Virus record (IMG/VR): IMGVR_UViG_3300023174_000039
Location: 124,001 to 188,000 of that record
Strand: one strand, 5' to 3'
DNA length: 64,000 nt
The position numbers and the translations under genes were made by a program. Under the pieces are notes generated by a model, which worked only from the letters and a program-made list of their open reading frames with translations, had not been told where the DNA came from and ran no database searches. The stretch's first letter is position 1. Every line of letters begins with the position of its first letter. Below are positions 38,671 through 48,161 of this stretch, piece by piece.

Positions 38671-40073
38671 TGAAGATAAAAGATTTTCAAACAGAATCAT
38701 GGAGCGAAAAATACAAGAACAGTATCAACTGCTCGCACCCCAAAGGTTTTAGCCAACGTGCGCATTGTGCCGGCAAAAAGAAGCATAATGAATCTGTTGA
38801 AATGGAAATGGTGTGTGAAGACTGTGGCATGTGCAAGTCACATGGTAGTCTCAATGAAATTCGAAAGGGTCAAAAAGACTCAAATGGCTACACACGTTGC
38901 TGGCCTGGCAAGCATGCCGAAGGTACCAAAAAGGGCAAGAATGGCGGCCAAGTTCGCAACTGTGTGCCCAATGAAAGTGTAGCGGAAGCAGATATGAGTC
39001 GCAGAGGTTTCCTTGGTGCGTTGGCAGGTGCAGGTTTAGCTGCCGCAGGATTAGGTGCCAGTGGTAATGCTCAGGCAGGCACCAACGATGCGGCATTTTT
39101 TAACAAAGTAAACGATCTACATCAAAAAACAGCTCAAACAAATCCTCGTTATGCCAAAGAACATGCATCCTTGAACATAGGTATTGTTAGAGGCATGTCT
39201 GGTGCCTCTGCTGAAAACAACAAGCAATGGGCACAAAAAACTGCTCAACTGTTACAAAAATACGGAGTTGCTGTAAACGAAAGTGTAGTAGAAGGTGAAC
39301 AGCGTGTGGATTCACTTGTGACCGACGCACTGAAAATCATGCAGGGTTCAGAAGTAACTGATGCTGTGCAAGCACTAAAGACTGTGCTGGGAGATAGAGA
39401 GTATAACGGTCGCCGTGGTCATTATAATTTCTATATTAGACAAATAATGGATATGTATAACCAGCAAGGCCTAGCAGAAGACTTCAACGGTGAATACGAT
39501 GACGAAGCAGGCATGGTCAAGAATAACCTTCACACTATTATTCGCGTGTTGACACACCTGGGCAAAGATATCGACAACAACGAAAATTTCCCTGAATGGG
39601 TGCAAGAAAAGATTGCCATGATCAAGCAAACCAGTGTTGAAGTTATGAACTACATGATTAGTCAGCACAAAATGGACGTTGATCCTGAAGTAGAAGAAAT
39701 GTACGAAGCCATGGATCAACTGGCAGAAGAAATGGCAGCCAAAAAAGGCATCAGTGCTGACCTAGTATGGGAAAGCTTCGAAGCTCTAGACGATCACATG
39801 CTGTACGAAACAGCCGCCTGGCGCAGAAAAGAAGGCAAGAGCAAAAAGGGCGGCCTAAACGCCAAAGGTGTTGCTAGCTATAGACGCGAGCATCCTGGTT
39901 CAAAACTGCAAACAGCAGTGACCACAAAGCCTAGTAAATTAAAGCCTGGATCAAAAGCAGCCAAGCGTCGCAAGAGTTTCTGCGCACGTATGTCAGGTGT
40001 TAAAGGACCTGCCAAAAAGCCCAACGGTGAACCCACACGCAAGACTCTGGCCTTGCGCAAATGGAACTGCTGA
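38670..40073 (+). CDS. modular putative internal-head polyprotein with an internal Tat signal and basic Cys modules
   Basis: MKIKDFQTE start; VAE-ADMSRRGFLGALAGAGLAAAG...AQA; C-terminal RRKSFCARM...LRKWNC module. Confidence 0.65.
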   Translation: MKIKDFQTESWSEKYKNSINCSHPKGFSQRAHCAGKKKHNESVEMEMVCEDCGMCKSHGSLNEIRKGQKDSNGYTRCWPGKHAEGTKKGKNGGQVRNCVPNESVAEADMSRRGFLGALAGAGLAAAGLGASGNAQAGTNDAAFFNKVNDLHQKTAQTNPRYAKEHASLNIGIVRGMSGASAENNKQWAQKTAQLLQKYGVAVNESVVEGEQRVDSLVTDALKIMQGSEVTDAVQALKTVLGDREYNGRRGHYNFYIRQIMDMYNQQGLAEDFNGEYDDEAGMVKNNLHTIIRVLTHLGKDIDNNENFPEWVQEKIAMIKQTSVEVMNYMISQHKMDVDPEVEEMYEAMDQLAEEMAAKKGISADLVWESFEALDDHMLYETAAWRRKEGKSKKGGLNAKGVASYRREHPGSKLQTAVTTKPSKLKPGSKAAKRRKSFCARMSGVKGPAKKPNGEPTRKTLALRKWNC

Positions 40074-40723
40074 TGCTGGTTGATGAACTGTTTACCACGT
40101 CGTGGCTGACAGAATCCACGGACTCTGCACCTGATCTTGACCGGATCTTGGTAGACCTGTGTGCCATGGTTGTAAAGGGTAAGCAACGCAAGCCCGACTA
40201 CTACGGCATGGTTGCGGCTGCTGTGGTTGATCCCAAAGGCCGTGTGGTCCGGGCTGTGAATCACTTTGATGACGCAACTGACAAACGCATACATGGTGAA
40301 CGTGCTGCCATTCAAGCGTATGAACGCCGGTACGGTCGAGTCACACCAGATTGTACTATAGTAACCACCCTGAGTCCTTGCAGTGAGCGCATGGACGATC
40401 GTTATGGTGAGAGCTGTGAAGATCTTTTAGATGACTATGGTATCACTGATATCTACTGTGGCTATCAAGACCCCACACAAGACTCGGGCTACACAGTTAC
40501 TAGCAATGAAAAAATACAGGAACTGTGCAAGGCCTTTGCTGACACGTTCCTGGGTGATCAACAACTGGATGAACTCAGCTTCTTGGGTAGCCCTTGCACC
40601 AAAGACTGTTCTGGGCATCGCGCAGGATATGATTGGTCAGCACGTAAAGGCAACATCCCGGGCACGAGCCCTTACAGTCCCAGCTTCAACAACGGCGCCA
40701 ATTTAAGAGCCGCTGGCAAATAA
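40073..40723 (+). CDS. Zn-dependent nucleotide deaminase-like protein plus a small C-terminal module
   Basis: HGERAAI...TTLSPC...C deaminase motif; start MLVDELF coupled by TGATG. Confidence 0.75.
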   Translation: MLVDELFTTSWLTESTDSAPDLDRILVDLCAMVVKGKQRKPDYYGMVAAAVVDPKGRVVRAVNHFDDATDKRIHGERAAIQAYERRYGRVTPDCTIVTTLSPCSERMDDRYGESCEDLLDDYGITDIYCGYQDPTQDSGYTVTSNEKIQELCKAFADTFLGDQQLDELSFLGSPCTKDCSGHRAGYDWSARKGNIPGTSPYSPSFNNGANLRAAGK

Positions 40724-41452
40724 TTATTTTTTAGTGTACACAAAGTACAATCTATCATTGGCATCTTTTTTAAATGTATCCAAATGTAAATTGAATTTTT
40801 CTGCCAATTCATTCACAACTTCAAACGACCAAGCAAACACATCCACATAAGGCCCTGTCTTGTGTGTTATTCCCGGGTTGGCTCGCAAAAAGAATTTGCC
40901 ACCCTTGGCCAACAAATCAACACAGTTGGCAATTCTAGCTTCAATTTCGTCTTGTGAATTAAAGTTAATTGATCCCAGTGCCATTACCACATCATATGTG
41001 CCGGGCTTGACTCGGTAATCCAGGATATCAACCATATAATCAGCAGAAGCATTAAATGGATCAATGCCCACAATATTGTGTATCCTCCCTTTAAACGGAT
41101 GATAGCCACATCCAACGTCAAGAACTTGTGTAGGGTTGAGCTTGTTGATTTCTTCTGCCAGCTGCCATCCTGTGTAGCTGAATGTTTCTGTGCGGGGCTT
41201 CCACATTTCTCCAAAGAACCTGTTGAGGTATCTTCGGTCAAAGTCTGCGACGATTTCATAAAGCGTTCCTTTAAATTCTGATGTTAACTGTAGTTCTTGT
41301 TCCACTGTTTCTTTAAACTTGTTAAAGCGAGCAGGAGTCCAAGGTAAGTCTTGTACTACAGTAGTGGTGTCTAACACAAGGTTAGAGTACTTGGGCAAAT
41401 GGAATGATTGTTTGAGATTTTGTTGTAAGAGATTAAAAATTTTGCTATTCAT
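40724..41452 (-). CDS. class I SAM-dependent methyltransferase
   Basis: VLDVGCG, VGIDP and YDVVMALGSINF motifs. Confidence 0.85.
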   Translation of the reverse strand: MNSKIFNLLQQNLKQSFHLPKYSNLVLDTTTVVQDLPWTPARFNKFKETVEQELQLTSEFKGTLYEIVADFDRRYLNRFFGEMWKPRTETFSYTGWQLAEEINKLNPTQVLDVGCGYHPFKGRIHNIVGIDPFNASADYMVDILDYRVKPGTYDVVMALGSINFNSQDEIEARIANCVDLLAKGGKFFLRANPGITHKTGPYVDVFAWSFEVVNELAEKFNLHLDTFKKDANDRLYFVYTKK

Positions 41453-41576
41453 TAAAAAATTTCCGTGTTAGGTAAATAAAAGTACAATACCACTAAAAAT
41501 TTTGTGGCTCTTGTGTTTTTCTAATACATATTTAACTTATGTATCACATACGTCAAAAATTTTCAAAAGGATCAAA

Positions 41577-42554
41577 ATGAAACGATTATTAGCTATATTG
41601 GCACTGGTTCCTATGCTGGTGTTTGCTCAGTCTTGGACCCCGCCCAAGACAGTCACTGCCATAGTGGGAAATGCACCCGGGGCAGGCAACGAAATTGCAT
41701 TTAGAAAAGCCGCAGAGATTGTGACACGCACAACAGGCATTAACTTTGTGATAGAAAACCGCCCGGGTGCAGACAGTGTTATTGCCATGAACATGATGAT
41801 GACCAAGCCCAGTGACGGAAGTGTTGTGGCACTGCCCAGTCACATGAGCACCTATGTCACAAATGATATCTGGGAAAAGAATGTCAAGAAATTTGAATGG
41901 AATAGTTTTGAAGAAGTCTTAAGCTATGGCAAAGCACCATTGGTGGTTGTGAGTGCTGCCCGTAGTTCAATTAACACGCCAGCAGATTTGCTAAAGATGT
42001 TTCAAACAGTTGACAGGCCCATTAATGTGGCCATCGGCGGTGGTGCACATAGAATGGCGTTTGAGTACATGATGGTTAAAACTCGAGCAGATCGCAATCA
42101 AATCAAACATATCAAATTTAATGGACCAGCACAAGCGGTGAGCAGTGTGGCTGCATATGATGGCAAAATTGGCACAGAACTTGGTATTATGCCTGCTGCC
42201 ATTGCTCTGCCCCTGGTGCAAGCAGGCAAGGTCAAATTCATTGGACTAACAGGCACAAAGAAACTACAACAAATACCCACAGTACCTTTGCTAAGTGATG
42301 CTATACCTGGTGTTATGGCACAGGCAGGGTGGAATCTTGTGTTGCCACCCATGACACCGCGTCCCATTGTTGATTGGTATGTGAAAGAATTTGGCCGTGC
42401 ATTAAAGACACAAGAATATCGCCAATGGGCCGAAGACAACTTAATTATAGTAGACGAAAAGGATCACACTCCCGAAGGAGTGCGAGCACACATGGCAGAC
42501 TTGCGCCAGCGATTCTTGCCCATGGCACAGTATATTTCACAAGAAGGCAATTGA
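41577..42554 (+). CDS. Bug/TctC tripartite tricarboxylate transporter substrate-binding protein
   Basis: Signal peptide; PGAGNEI, VIENRPGA, GKVKFIG and LVLPPMTP motifs. Confidence 0.85.
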   Translation: MKRLLAILALVPMLVFAQSWTPPKTVTAIVGNAPGAGNEIAFRKAAEIVTRTTGINFVIENRPGADSVIAMNMMMTKPSDGSVVALPSHMSTYVTNDIWEKNVKKFEWNSFEEVLSYGKAPLVVVSAARSSINTPADLLKMFQTVDRPINVAIGGGAHRMAFEYMMVKTRADRNQIKHIKFNGPAQAVSSVAAYDGKIGTELGIMPAAIALPLVQAGKVKFIGLTGTKKLQQIPTVPLLSDAIPGVMAQAGWNLVLPPMTPRPIVDWYVKEFGRALKTQEYRQWAEDNLIIVDEKDHTPEGVRAHMADLRQRFLPMAQYISQEGN

Positions 42555-42555
42555 C

Positions 42556-43272
42556 ATGAACAAACAATTCAACTGGGGCGGTAGCCGATGGGAAGGTACC
42601 CGTGCTGCCAGCAAATGGCACTTTGATACCACACGTCCACCTGAGCCCGGTGCAGACAGCTTTACCTATGTGGGTAGATTTACCACAGACTTTGCTGATG
42701 TTGTTGAACGTTATTTGCCCCGTGCAGACAGTGTGGGATGGGGCACACGCAACAAAGAAAAGATCCCCGGGGAACTGTATACAGCGTCGGCAGAAGAAGC
42801 TGATTTAATTCGTGCAGGTGCCAACCCCAAAATGGAGATTTATGCCAGGGTTGCTGCCGAAGATGAGCCGGTGTTTAATGCCATGGCAGCAGTGCTGGGC
42901 ATTGATGACCCGCAGATCAAGTTCCACAATCAAAAGACTGGGCAAGTACTGGTCTGGCACATCGACAACTTTGCCGCACGAGCAGAACGTGAAAACAGTT
43001 TCAAAGTCACCAACCTAGACACACACCCTGAACAGATACGACGCTTTGCCATCATGTTAGCAGACTGGCAGCCCGGGCAAATTTGGCAAATAGGCAATGC
43101 CACCTGGACACACTGGAAGTCTGGTGACTGTATCACCTGGGAATGGCAGGACATGCCACATGCTACCTGCAACATGGGCTGGTGGGATCGTCCCTTGTGT
43201 CAAATCACGGGCTATGTCACACCCAAGACTCAAGCTATCTTGAACAATCCAGGGCAGACGTTCCACATATGA
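42556..43272 (+). CDS. 2OG-Fe(II) oxygenase-like (cupin) protein
   Basis: HxD (HIDNF) ... H (HATCN) ... R (RPLCQITG). Confidence 0.65.
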   Translation: MNKQFNWGGSRWEGTRAASKWHFDTTRPPEPGADSFTYVGRFTTDFADVVERYLPRADSVGWGTRNKEKIPGELYTASAEEADLIRAGANPKMEIYARVAAEDEPVFNAMAAVLGIDDPQIKFHNQKTGQVLVWHIDNFAARAERENSFKVTNLDTHPEQIRRFAIMLADWQPGQIWQIGNATWTHWKSGDCITWEWQDMPHATCNMGWWDRPLCQITGYVTPKTQAILNNPGQTFHI

Positions 43273-43895
43273 AATACATCTTTATAGCAGGTGCTCCTGG
43301 CTCAAAATGGTCCAGCGTGAGCAAAAACATCTATCACAGTCCCGACATAGACACAAGTGATCACTCAGAGGCTCGCACATATTACCACGACGCTTCGGGA
43401 GAACGACAACTCATGCACCAGGGTGCATACTTTGATCCAGGTATGGAATTTGGCAAATTCTTTGATCGTATAGAAAGATATTCCAAGCAAGAATGCGAAG
43501 CAGAATTCAACAGGCCATTTACAGGCACAGGTGTTCGCATTATCAAAAGCCATGTGTTTGCCAATCACATTGACTTTTTGCGAGCACACTGGCCCAACTG
43601 CCCTATAGTACTTGTACATCGCTCAGATGATGCTTGCCTGGGTTGGTGGGTCAAATGCGGGCATTTTGATATAACATATCCTGATTATGCAGAATATTAT
43701 CAAAATTTACGCAAAATGGCGCAGATAATTCATGAACAAAATCAAGGACTAGCAGTGGCCGAAACCACGTATGCAGACAGCAAAAAGACACCAGCTACAA
43801 ATTTAGAACTATGTGACCTACTGGGCATTGCTCGCCCAGTTAACCGTGTGCAACATTATCACAGTAATGATATCAGGGTAAATTTGATTCAATAA
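43269..43895 (+). CDS. sulfotransferase/P-loop-like protein
   Basis: IFIAGAPGSKWS, IIKSH and IVLVHR motifs. Confidence 0.55.
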   Translation: MKYIFIAGAPGSKWSSVSKNIYHSPDIDTSDHSEARTYYHDASGERQLMHQGAYFDPGMEFGKFFDRIERYSKQECEAEFNRPFTGTGVRIIKSHVFANHIDFLRAHWPNCPIVLVHRSDDACLGWWVKCGHFDITYPDYAEYYQNLRKMAQIIHEQNQGLAVAETTYADSKKTPATNLELCDLLGIARPVNRVQHYHSNDIRVNLIQ

Positions 43896-43903
43896 ATATT
43901 TTG

Positions 43904-44965
43904 ATGAATTTGCCAAGAGTTAACAGCTATACCAATTGGGGTCGTTTAGAAGAAGTATGGCTAGGTGACTGCTATCCCGCACACTTTTATGATCATTTAA
44001 ATTCTGAAGTACGTGATGTATTTTACGAGCTGACAGAAAACACCCAGCATGATCTAAATATAATACAAAAAAAACTTGAAGAATTTGATATAGTAGTTCA
44101 ACGTCCGCAATACAAAAATATTGATCATTATTTAACACCCAATGACACACTGACAAAACCTGCCATTACCCCAAGAGACTATTATCTAGTGGCTGGCAAC
44201 ATGTTCATTGGCAGTCATAATATAGATGTATGGAGCCATGCCATTGAACAGTATCGAGCTGACCCTGGATCAATTGTGATGGGAACTATTGAAACACAGC
44301 ACCTGGGCTGGATATGCGGTGCTAACTCAGTGCGAGCAGGACGAGACATTTATCTGGATCTATTTCAAAGTTACAACAAACAGTCAGCACTGGACCAACA
44401 ACTTGAAGAATATCATCGGGTGGTACAACCACATTTTAAAGATTATCGTGTGCATCTACTGTTCAACGGCGGACACATTGACGGATGCTTTGCCGCGGTC
44501 AAACCAGGGTTATTGTTGACATCGGTGTACTTCGACAATTATGATCAGACTTTTCCAGACTGGCAAAAGATCAACATTGCTTCTCCTGAATTTTTCACAC
44601 ATCAGACCAAGAAAACACCTATCAGCAACGGCCGCTGGTGGGACACAGCATCGTCGCCATCCAAAGCATTTAATGATCATATTATTGCTCATGCTCTGGA
44701 CTGGGTGGGCAATTACACAGAAACTTACTTTGAAGTCAATTGCCTTGTGATTGACCAAAAGAATATTTTCATGCTGGGGGAAGATGACCGGGTATTTCGT
44801 GAGTTTGAACGCCACGGTATTACTGCACACAGTTTGCCATTCAGAACCAGAACATTCTGGGACGGAGGATTGCATTGTTTGACTCTGGACATACGTAGAC
44901 AAGACTCAATGATCGACTTGTTTCCCAACAGAACCCAAACACTGTACTTGTACAACAATCCATAA
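43904..44965 (+). CDS. amidinotransferase (glycine/inosamine-phosphate type)
   Basis: LEEVWLG, PRD, GHIDG and DGGLHCLTLDIRR motifs. Confidence 0.85.
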   Translation: MNLPRVNSYTNWGRLEEVWLGDCYPAHFYDHLNSEVRDVFYELTENTQHDLNIIQKKLEEFDIVVQRPQYKNIDHYLTPNDTLTKPAITPRDYYLVAGNMFIGSHNIDVWSHAIEQYRADPGSIVMGTIETQHLGWICGANSVRAGRDIYLDLFQSYNKQSALDQQLEEYHRVVQPHFKDYRVHLLFNGGHIDGCFAAVKPGLLLTSVYFDNYDQTFPDWQKINIASPEFFTHQTKKTPISNGRWWDTASSPSKAFNDHIIAHALDWVGNYTETYFEVNCLVIDQKNIFMLGEDDRVFREFERHGITAHSLPFRTRTFWDGGLHCLTLDIRRQDSMIDLFPNRTQTLYLYNNP

Positions 44966-44988
44966 ATACTCCCATATAAAGGACTGGT

Positions 44989-45612
44989 ATGTCACAGATT
45001 GTATGGATGTTTAGCCTACTGCCTGACAGCATTTTTGTCATGTTGACCTATGCGATATTTGCACTAGGCGTACTGTTGTACATTGCAAGCAAGCTGGTCA
45101 AGTGGATTCCCATGATGATGCAATACCGCATGCCTGCTGAACTGGTGGGTGTGGTGTGCCTGTGTATTGGCGCTTATTTCTTTGGTTGGCGCGGTAACGA
45201 AGAGAAATGGCTGGCTAGAATTAAAGAGCTAGAACAAAAAGTTCAAATTGCTGAAGCCCGGAGTCGTGAAGTCAACACCGTAATTGAAACCAAAGTTGTT
45301 ACCAAGATCAAAGTTGTAAAGGAAACAGTATATGCAAACCGAGAAATCATTCGAGAAGTTGCTGGCGCTCAGCTTGACAGTCAGTGTACTTTGCCTAAGT
45401 CTAGCGTCGTGCTCCACGACAGTGCCAGTCGTAATGAAGTGGCCCGAGGTCCCGGCAGTGTTGATGGAACCCCCTCAGGCATTGAAGCCCATAGACTCCT
45501 CGAAACCGTTGTCGACAACTACGGAAGCTGTAACGAAAACATCGAAAAACTAAAAGCCTGGCAGGAATGGTATCGAACACAAAAACAAATATTTGAAAGT
45601 GTTGCCAAATGA
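44989..45612 (+). CDS. inner-membrane spanin (Rz-like)
   Basis: N-terminal TM segments, coiled coil, CTLP...NYGSC...LKAWQEW; lies in the lysis cassette. Confidence 0.75.
   Translation: MSQIVWMFSLLPDSIFVMLTYAIFALGVLLYIASKLVKWIPMMMQYRMPAELVGVVCLCIGAYFFGWRGNEEKWLARIKELEQKVQIAEARSREVNTVIETKVVTKIKVVKETVYANREIIREVAGAQLDSQCTLPKSSVVLHDSASRNEVARGPGSVDGTPSGIEAHRLLETVVDNYGSCNENIEKLKAWQEWYRTQKQIFESVAK
45332..45553 (+). CDS. embedded outer-membrane spanin lipoprotein (Rz1-like)
   Basis: +1 frame inside the Rz-like gene; AAGGA RBS; lipobox LASC; Pro-rich mature part. Confidence 0.75.
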   Translation: MQTEKSFEKLLALSLTVSVLCLSLASCSTTVPVVMKWPEVPAVLMEPPQALKPIDSSKPLSTTTEAVTKTSKN

Positions 45613-46187
45613 GAGCCAGGGAATTCACTACAGAAGCACATCACTATCGCATGGCCACACAAAAAATGGGTAACTGGAAAGTGCACCTAGATAGTCATGC
45701 TGTGGTAACCATGGCAGATCGTGACATTGACAGTGGCAGTGTGATCAACATACTGGGATTTGCCTGTAGAAACGTTCCTGAACTCGGAACAATACCGCTG
45801 GGCAAAGGAGCGTATTTTCAAGACACAAACACCTTGATATCTTTATATCTCAAACGATCAGATCATTACCCCGATGAAATTACCCTGGAGACTGTGTTAT
45901 CGCCAGACATGCGACCTACTCCGCCACTGTTCCGCAGACCAGTCCCGCCTGCTCCGCGCGACATGCAAGATAACGCATTAGTGAGGGCAAATAAACAGGC
46001 CATGAAACAAAAAACTCAAGCTCGTGGTCGTGATGCTGTGAGTCAAGATATTGAAAGCATGATGCCAACCTTAAAGGCCTCAATGAATCAGCCACCAGCA
46101 CCAGACGCACCTTTGAACCGAGAACAGCGTAGGGCCTGGAGTAAATACCTACAAAAAAACAAATACTTAAAAGGAGTCATTGAATGA
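45609..46187 (+). CDS. hypothetical protein with a capsid-targeting-like N-terminus
   Basis: MRAREFTTE start. Confidence 0.65.
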   Translation: MRAREFTTEAHHYRMATQKMGNWKVHLDSHAVVTMADRDIDSGSVINILGFACRNVPELGTIPLGKGAYFQDTNTLISLYLKRSDHYPDEITLETVLSPDMRPTPPLFRRPVPPAPRDMQDNALVRANKQAMKQKTQARGRDAVSQDIESMMPTLKASMNQPPAPDAPLNREQRRAWSKYLQKNKYLKGVIE

Positions 46188-46801
46188 GTACAATACTGAC
46201 TAGAGAGCAACTGAAACAAATGGTCAAAAATCCACATATCGATCACTGGTATGATGCACTAGAGCAGTTGTTGGATGATTATGAAATCAACACGCCACAG
46301 CGTGTGGCAGCCTTTATTGCACAATGCGCACATGAGTCAGGAAATTTTGTTTTTATCAAAGAAAATCTTAATTATAAAGCGGCCAGCTTGAGAAAAGTTT
46401 TCCCCAAGTATTTCCCCACAGACGCACTTGCGGCACAGTATGCCAACCGGCCTGAACAGATTGCCAACAGAGTGTATGCCAATCGCATGGGCAACAGTGA
46501 TGAAGCATCCGGTGATGGCTACAAGTACTGCGGGCGTGGCTTAATACAGTTGACAGGCAAGGACAACTACACATTCTTTGCAGGATCATTGGGCATTGCT
46601 GATGAAGAAGCCGCTGACTATCTGGCCACATTTGAAGGTGCTTGTCAAAGTGCCTGCTGGTTCTGGGAACAAAACAATCTAAATCGCTTTGCAGATGCAG
46701 GCGATATCAAAGGGCTCACAAGAGCCATCAATGGTGGTTACATTGGTCTAGAAGATCGTATCAAGCACTATGAACATGCCTTACATGTAATGGGAGTATA
46801 A
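46184..46801 (+). CDS. glycoside hydrolase family 19 endolysin
   Basis: FIAQCAHES, ENLNY, GRGLIQLTG and INGGYIGLEDR motifs. Confidence 0.92.
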   Translation: MSTILTREQLKQMVKNPHIDHWYDALEQLLDDYEINTPQRVAAFIAQCAHESGNFVFIKENLNYKAASLRKVFPKYFPTDALAAQYANRPEQIANRVYANRMGNSDEASGDGYKYCGRGLIQLTGKDNYTFFAGSLGIADEEAADYLATFEGACQSACWFWEQNNLNRFADAGDIKGLTRAINGGYIGLEDRIKHYEHALHVMGV

Positions 46802-46802
46802 A

Positions 46803-47339
46803 ATGGCAGAAGAAAAAAAACCTTTATCACGCAGTGAACGTGAAGCCTTAATCAAAGACAAAGCAGGACTGGTCATTGTGTTCATGGCGCTGTTTTTGGC
46901 AGCAAACACTTACTTGTCCAACACCTTTAGTGGCACAGCACAAACCAACCTGTTGCAGGCCAGCAACACATATGGATTTTATCAGTCAAAGTCGATCAAG
47001 CAAACCATTGCTGAAGGACAGCTAGAAGAAGCTCGAAAAGGCACAGACAAAGCCAGAATTGAAAAGCTAGAAGCCAAGATTGCTCGCTATGAAAGCGATC
47101 CCAAGACTGGCGAAGGCAAAGTAGAACTCTTGGCCAAAGCACGAGCACAAGAAGCCGCACGTGAAGAAGCCCGAGCACATGGACCATGGCTTACATTCTC
47201 GGGCATGCTGTTCCAACTGGCCATCGTGTTATTGTCAGCAAGTATTTTAGCAGTTAATAACAAAATGTACAAAGCCAGCTTGGGAGTAGGAGCACTAGGA
47301 CTAGTATTAATGGCCCAGGGCTATTGGTTGTGGATTTAA
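46803..47339 (+). CDS. DUF4337-like membrane protein
   Basis: TM-YQSKSIKQ-coiled coil-LFQLAIVLLSASI architecture. Confidence 0.7.
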   Translation: MAEEKKPLSRSEREALIKDKAGLVIVFMALFLAANTYLSNTFSGTAQTNLLQASNTYGFYQSKSIKQTIAEGQLEEARKGTDKARIEKLEAKIARYESDPKTGEGKVELLAKARAQEAAREEARAHGPWLTFSGMLFQLAIVLLSASILAVNNKMYKASLGVGALGLVLMAQGYWLWI

Positions 47340-47354
47340 TATCAAGGAGTTGAC

Positions 47355-47894
47355 ATGGCAGAAAAAATGAGTGAGAGTGAAAAGAAAAAAGAAGACTGGA
47401 TGAATTCAAAATGGCGTCCCATGATGGGGTGGTCATACATGTTGACTTGCATTGCAGACTTTGTGATATTCCCTGTGTTATGGAGCATATTGCAAAGTGT
47501 TTCAAAAGGTCAAGTAAATGTACAGTGGCAACCTATTACACTGCAAGGTGCTGGCCTGTACCACATTGCAATGGGTGCTGTGCTGGGTATTGCGGCTTAT
47601 GGTCGTACACAGGAAAAACTAGGAGGAGCAAACAATGGCGGAATCAACTTACCACAGAATGTCGGTACAACATATCAAGTACCTGGAGCAACACCGCAGT
47701 CCGGGGCCGGTGCGTTTGGTTCACCAGCACCAGTCACAAACTCCTGGGGCTCACAACCCTTGGGTGTATCAGTCTCTCCCGCTCCAAGTTGGGGCACAAC
47801 TCCTGTCTCAACAGGGTTCGGTGCTGCCGGAGTGACCACAGGTTTTGGGGGTAAACTTGCTCCTCCACAACCTGACTTTTATCCAGAAAGATAA
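47355..47894 (+). CDS. putative holin (3TM/GTA type)
   Basis: KWRPMMGWSY...MGAVLGIAAYGRTQEK. Confidence 0.75.
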   Translation: MAEKMSESEKKKEDWMNSKWRPMMGWSYMLTCIADFVIFPVLWSILQSVSKGQVNVQWQPITLQGAGLYHIAMGAVLGIAAYGRTQEKLGGANNGGINLPQNVGTTYQVPGATPQSGAGAFGSPAPVTNSWGSQPLGVSVSPAPSWGTTPVSTGFGAAGVTTGFGGKLAPPQPDFYPER

Positions 47895-48112
47895 TGATGA
47901 AAAAACTATTATTAATATTAGCCCTGACACTAGGTGGCCAATTTGCTGTGGCCAATGAGCCCGCACATGAAACCAAAAAGATCTGTGTTGATGTCAAAGA
48001 CAAGGAAGGCAAAGATGTAATTGATCCCAAAACCAAACAGGTCAAACAGAACTGCAAACAGGTCAAACAACACAAAAAACTAGAAGGTACTGATGTGCCG
48101 GTCAAGAAGTAA
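47894..48112 (+). CDS. small secreted protein
   Basis: Signal peptide; two Cys residues. Confidence 0.7.
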   Translation: MMKKLLLILALTLGGQFAVANEPAHETKKICVDVKDKEGKDVIDPKTKQVKQNCKQVKQHKKLEGTDVPVKK

Positions 48113-48161
48113 TTGACACCACTCTGAAAATCCTGTATAATTATGTGTACAGGATTTTTTT
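48113..48161 (+). promoter_or_regulatory. sigma70 promoter overlapped by a terminator-like inverted repeat
   Basis: TTGACA-17 nt-TATAAT; AAAATCCTGTA...TACAGGATTTT followed by a T run. Confidence 0.7.
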
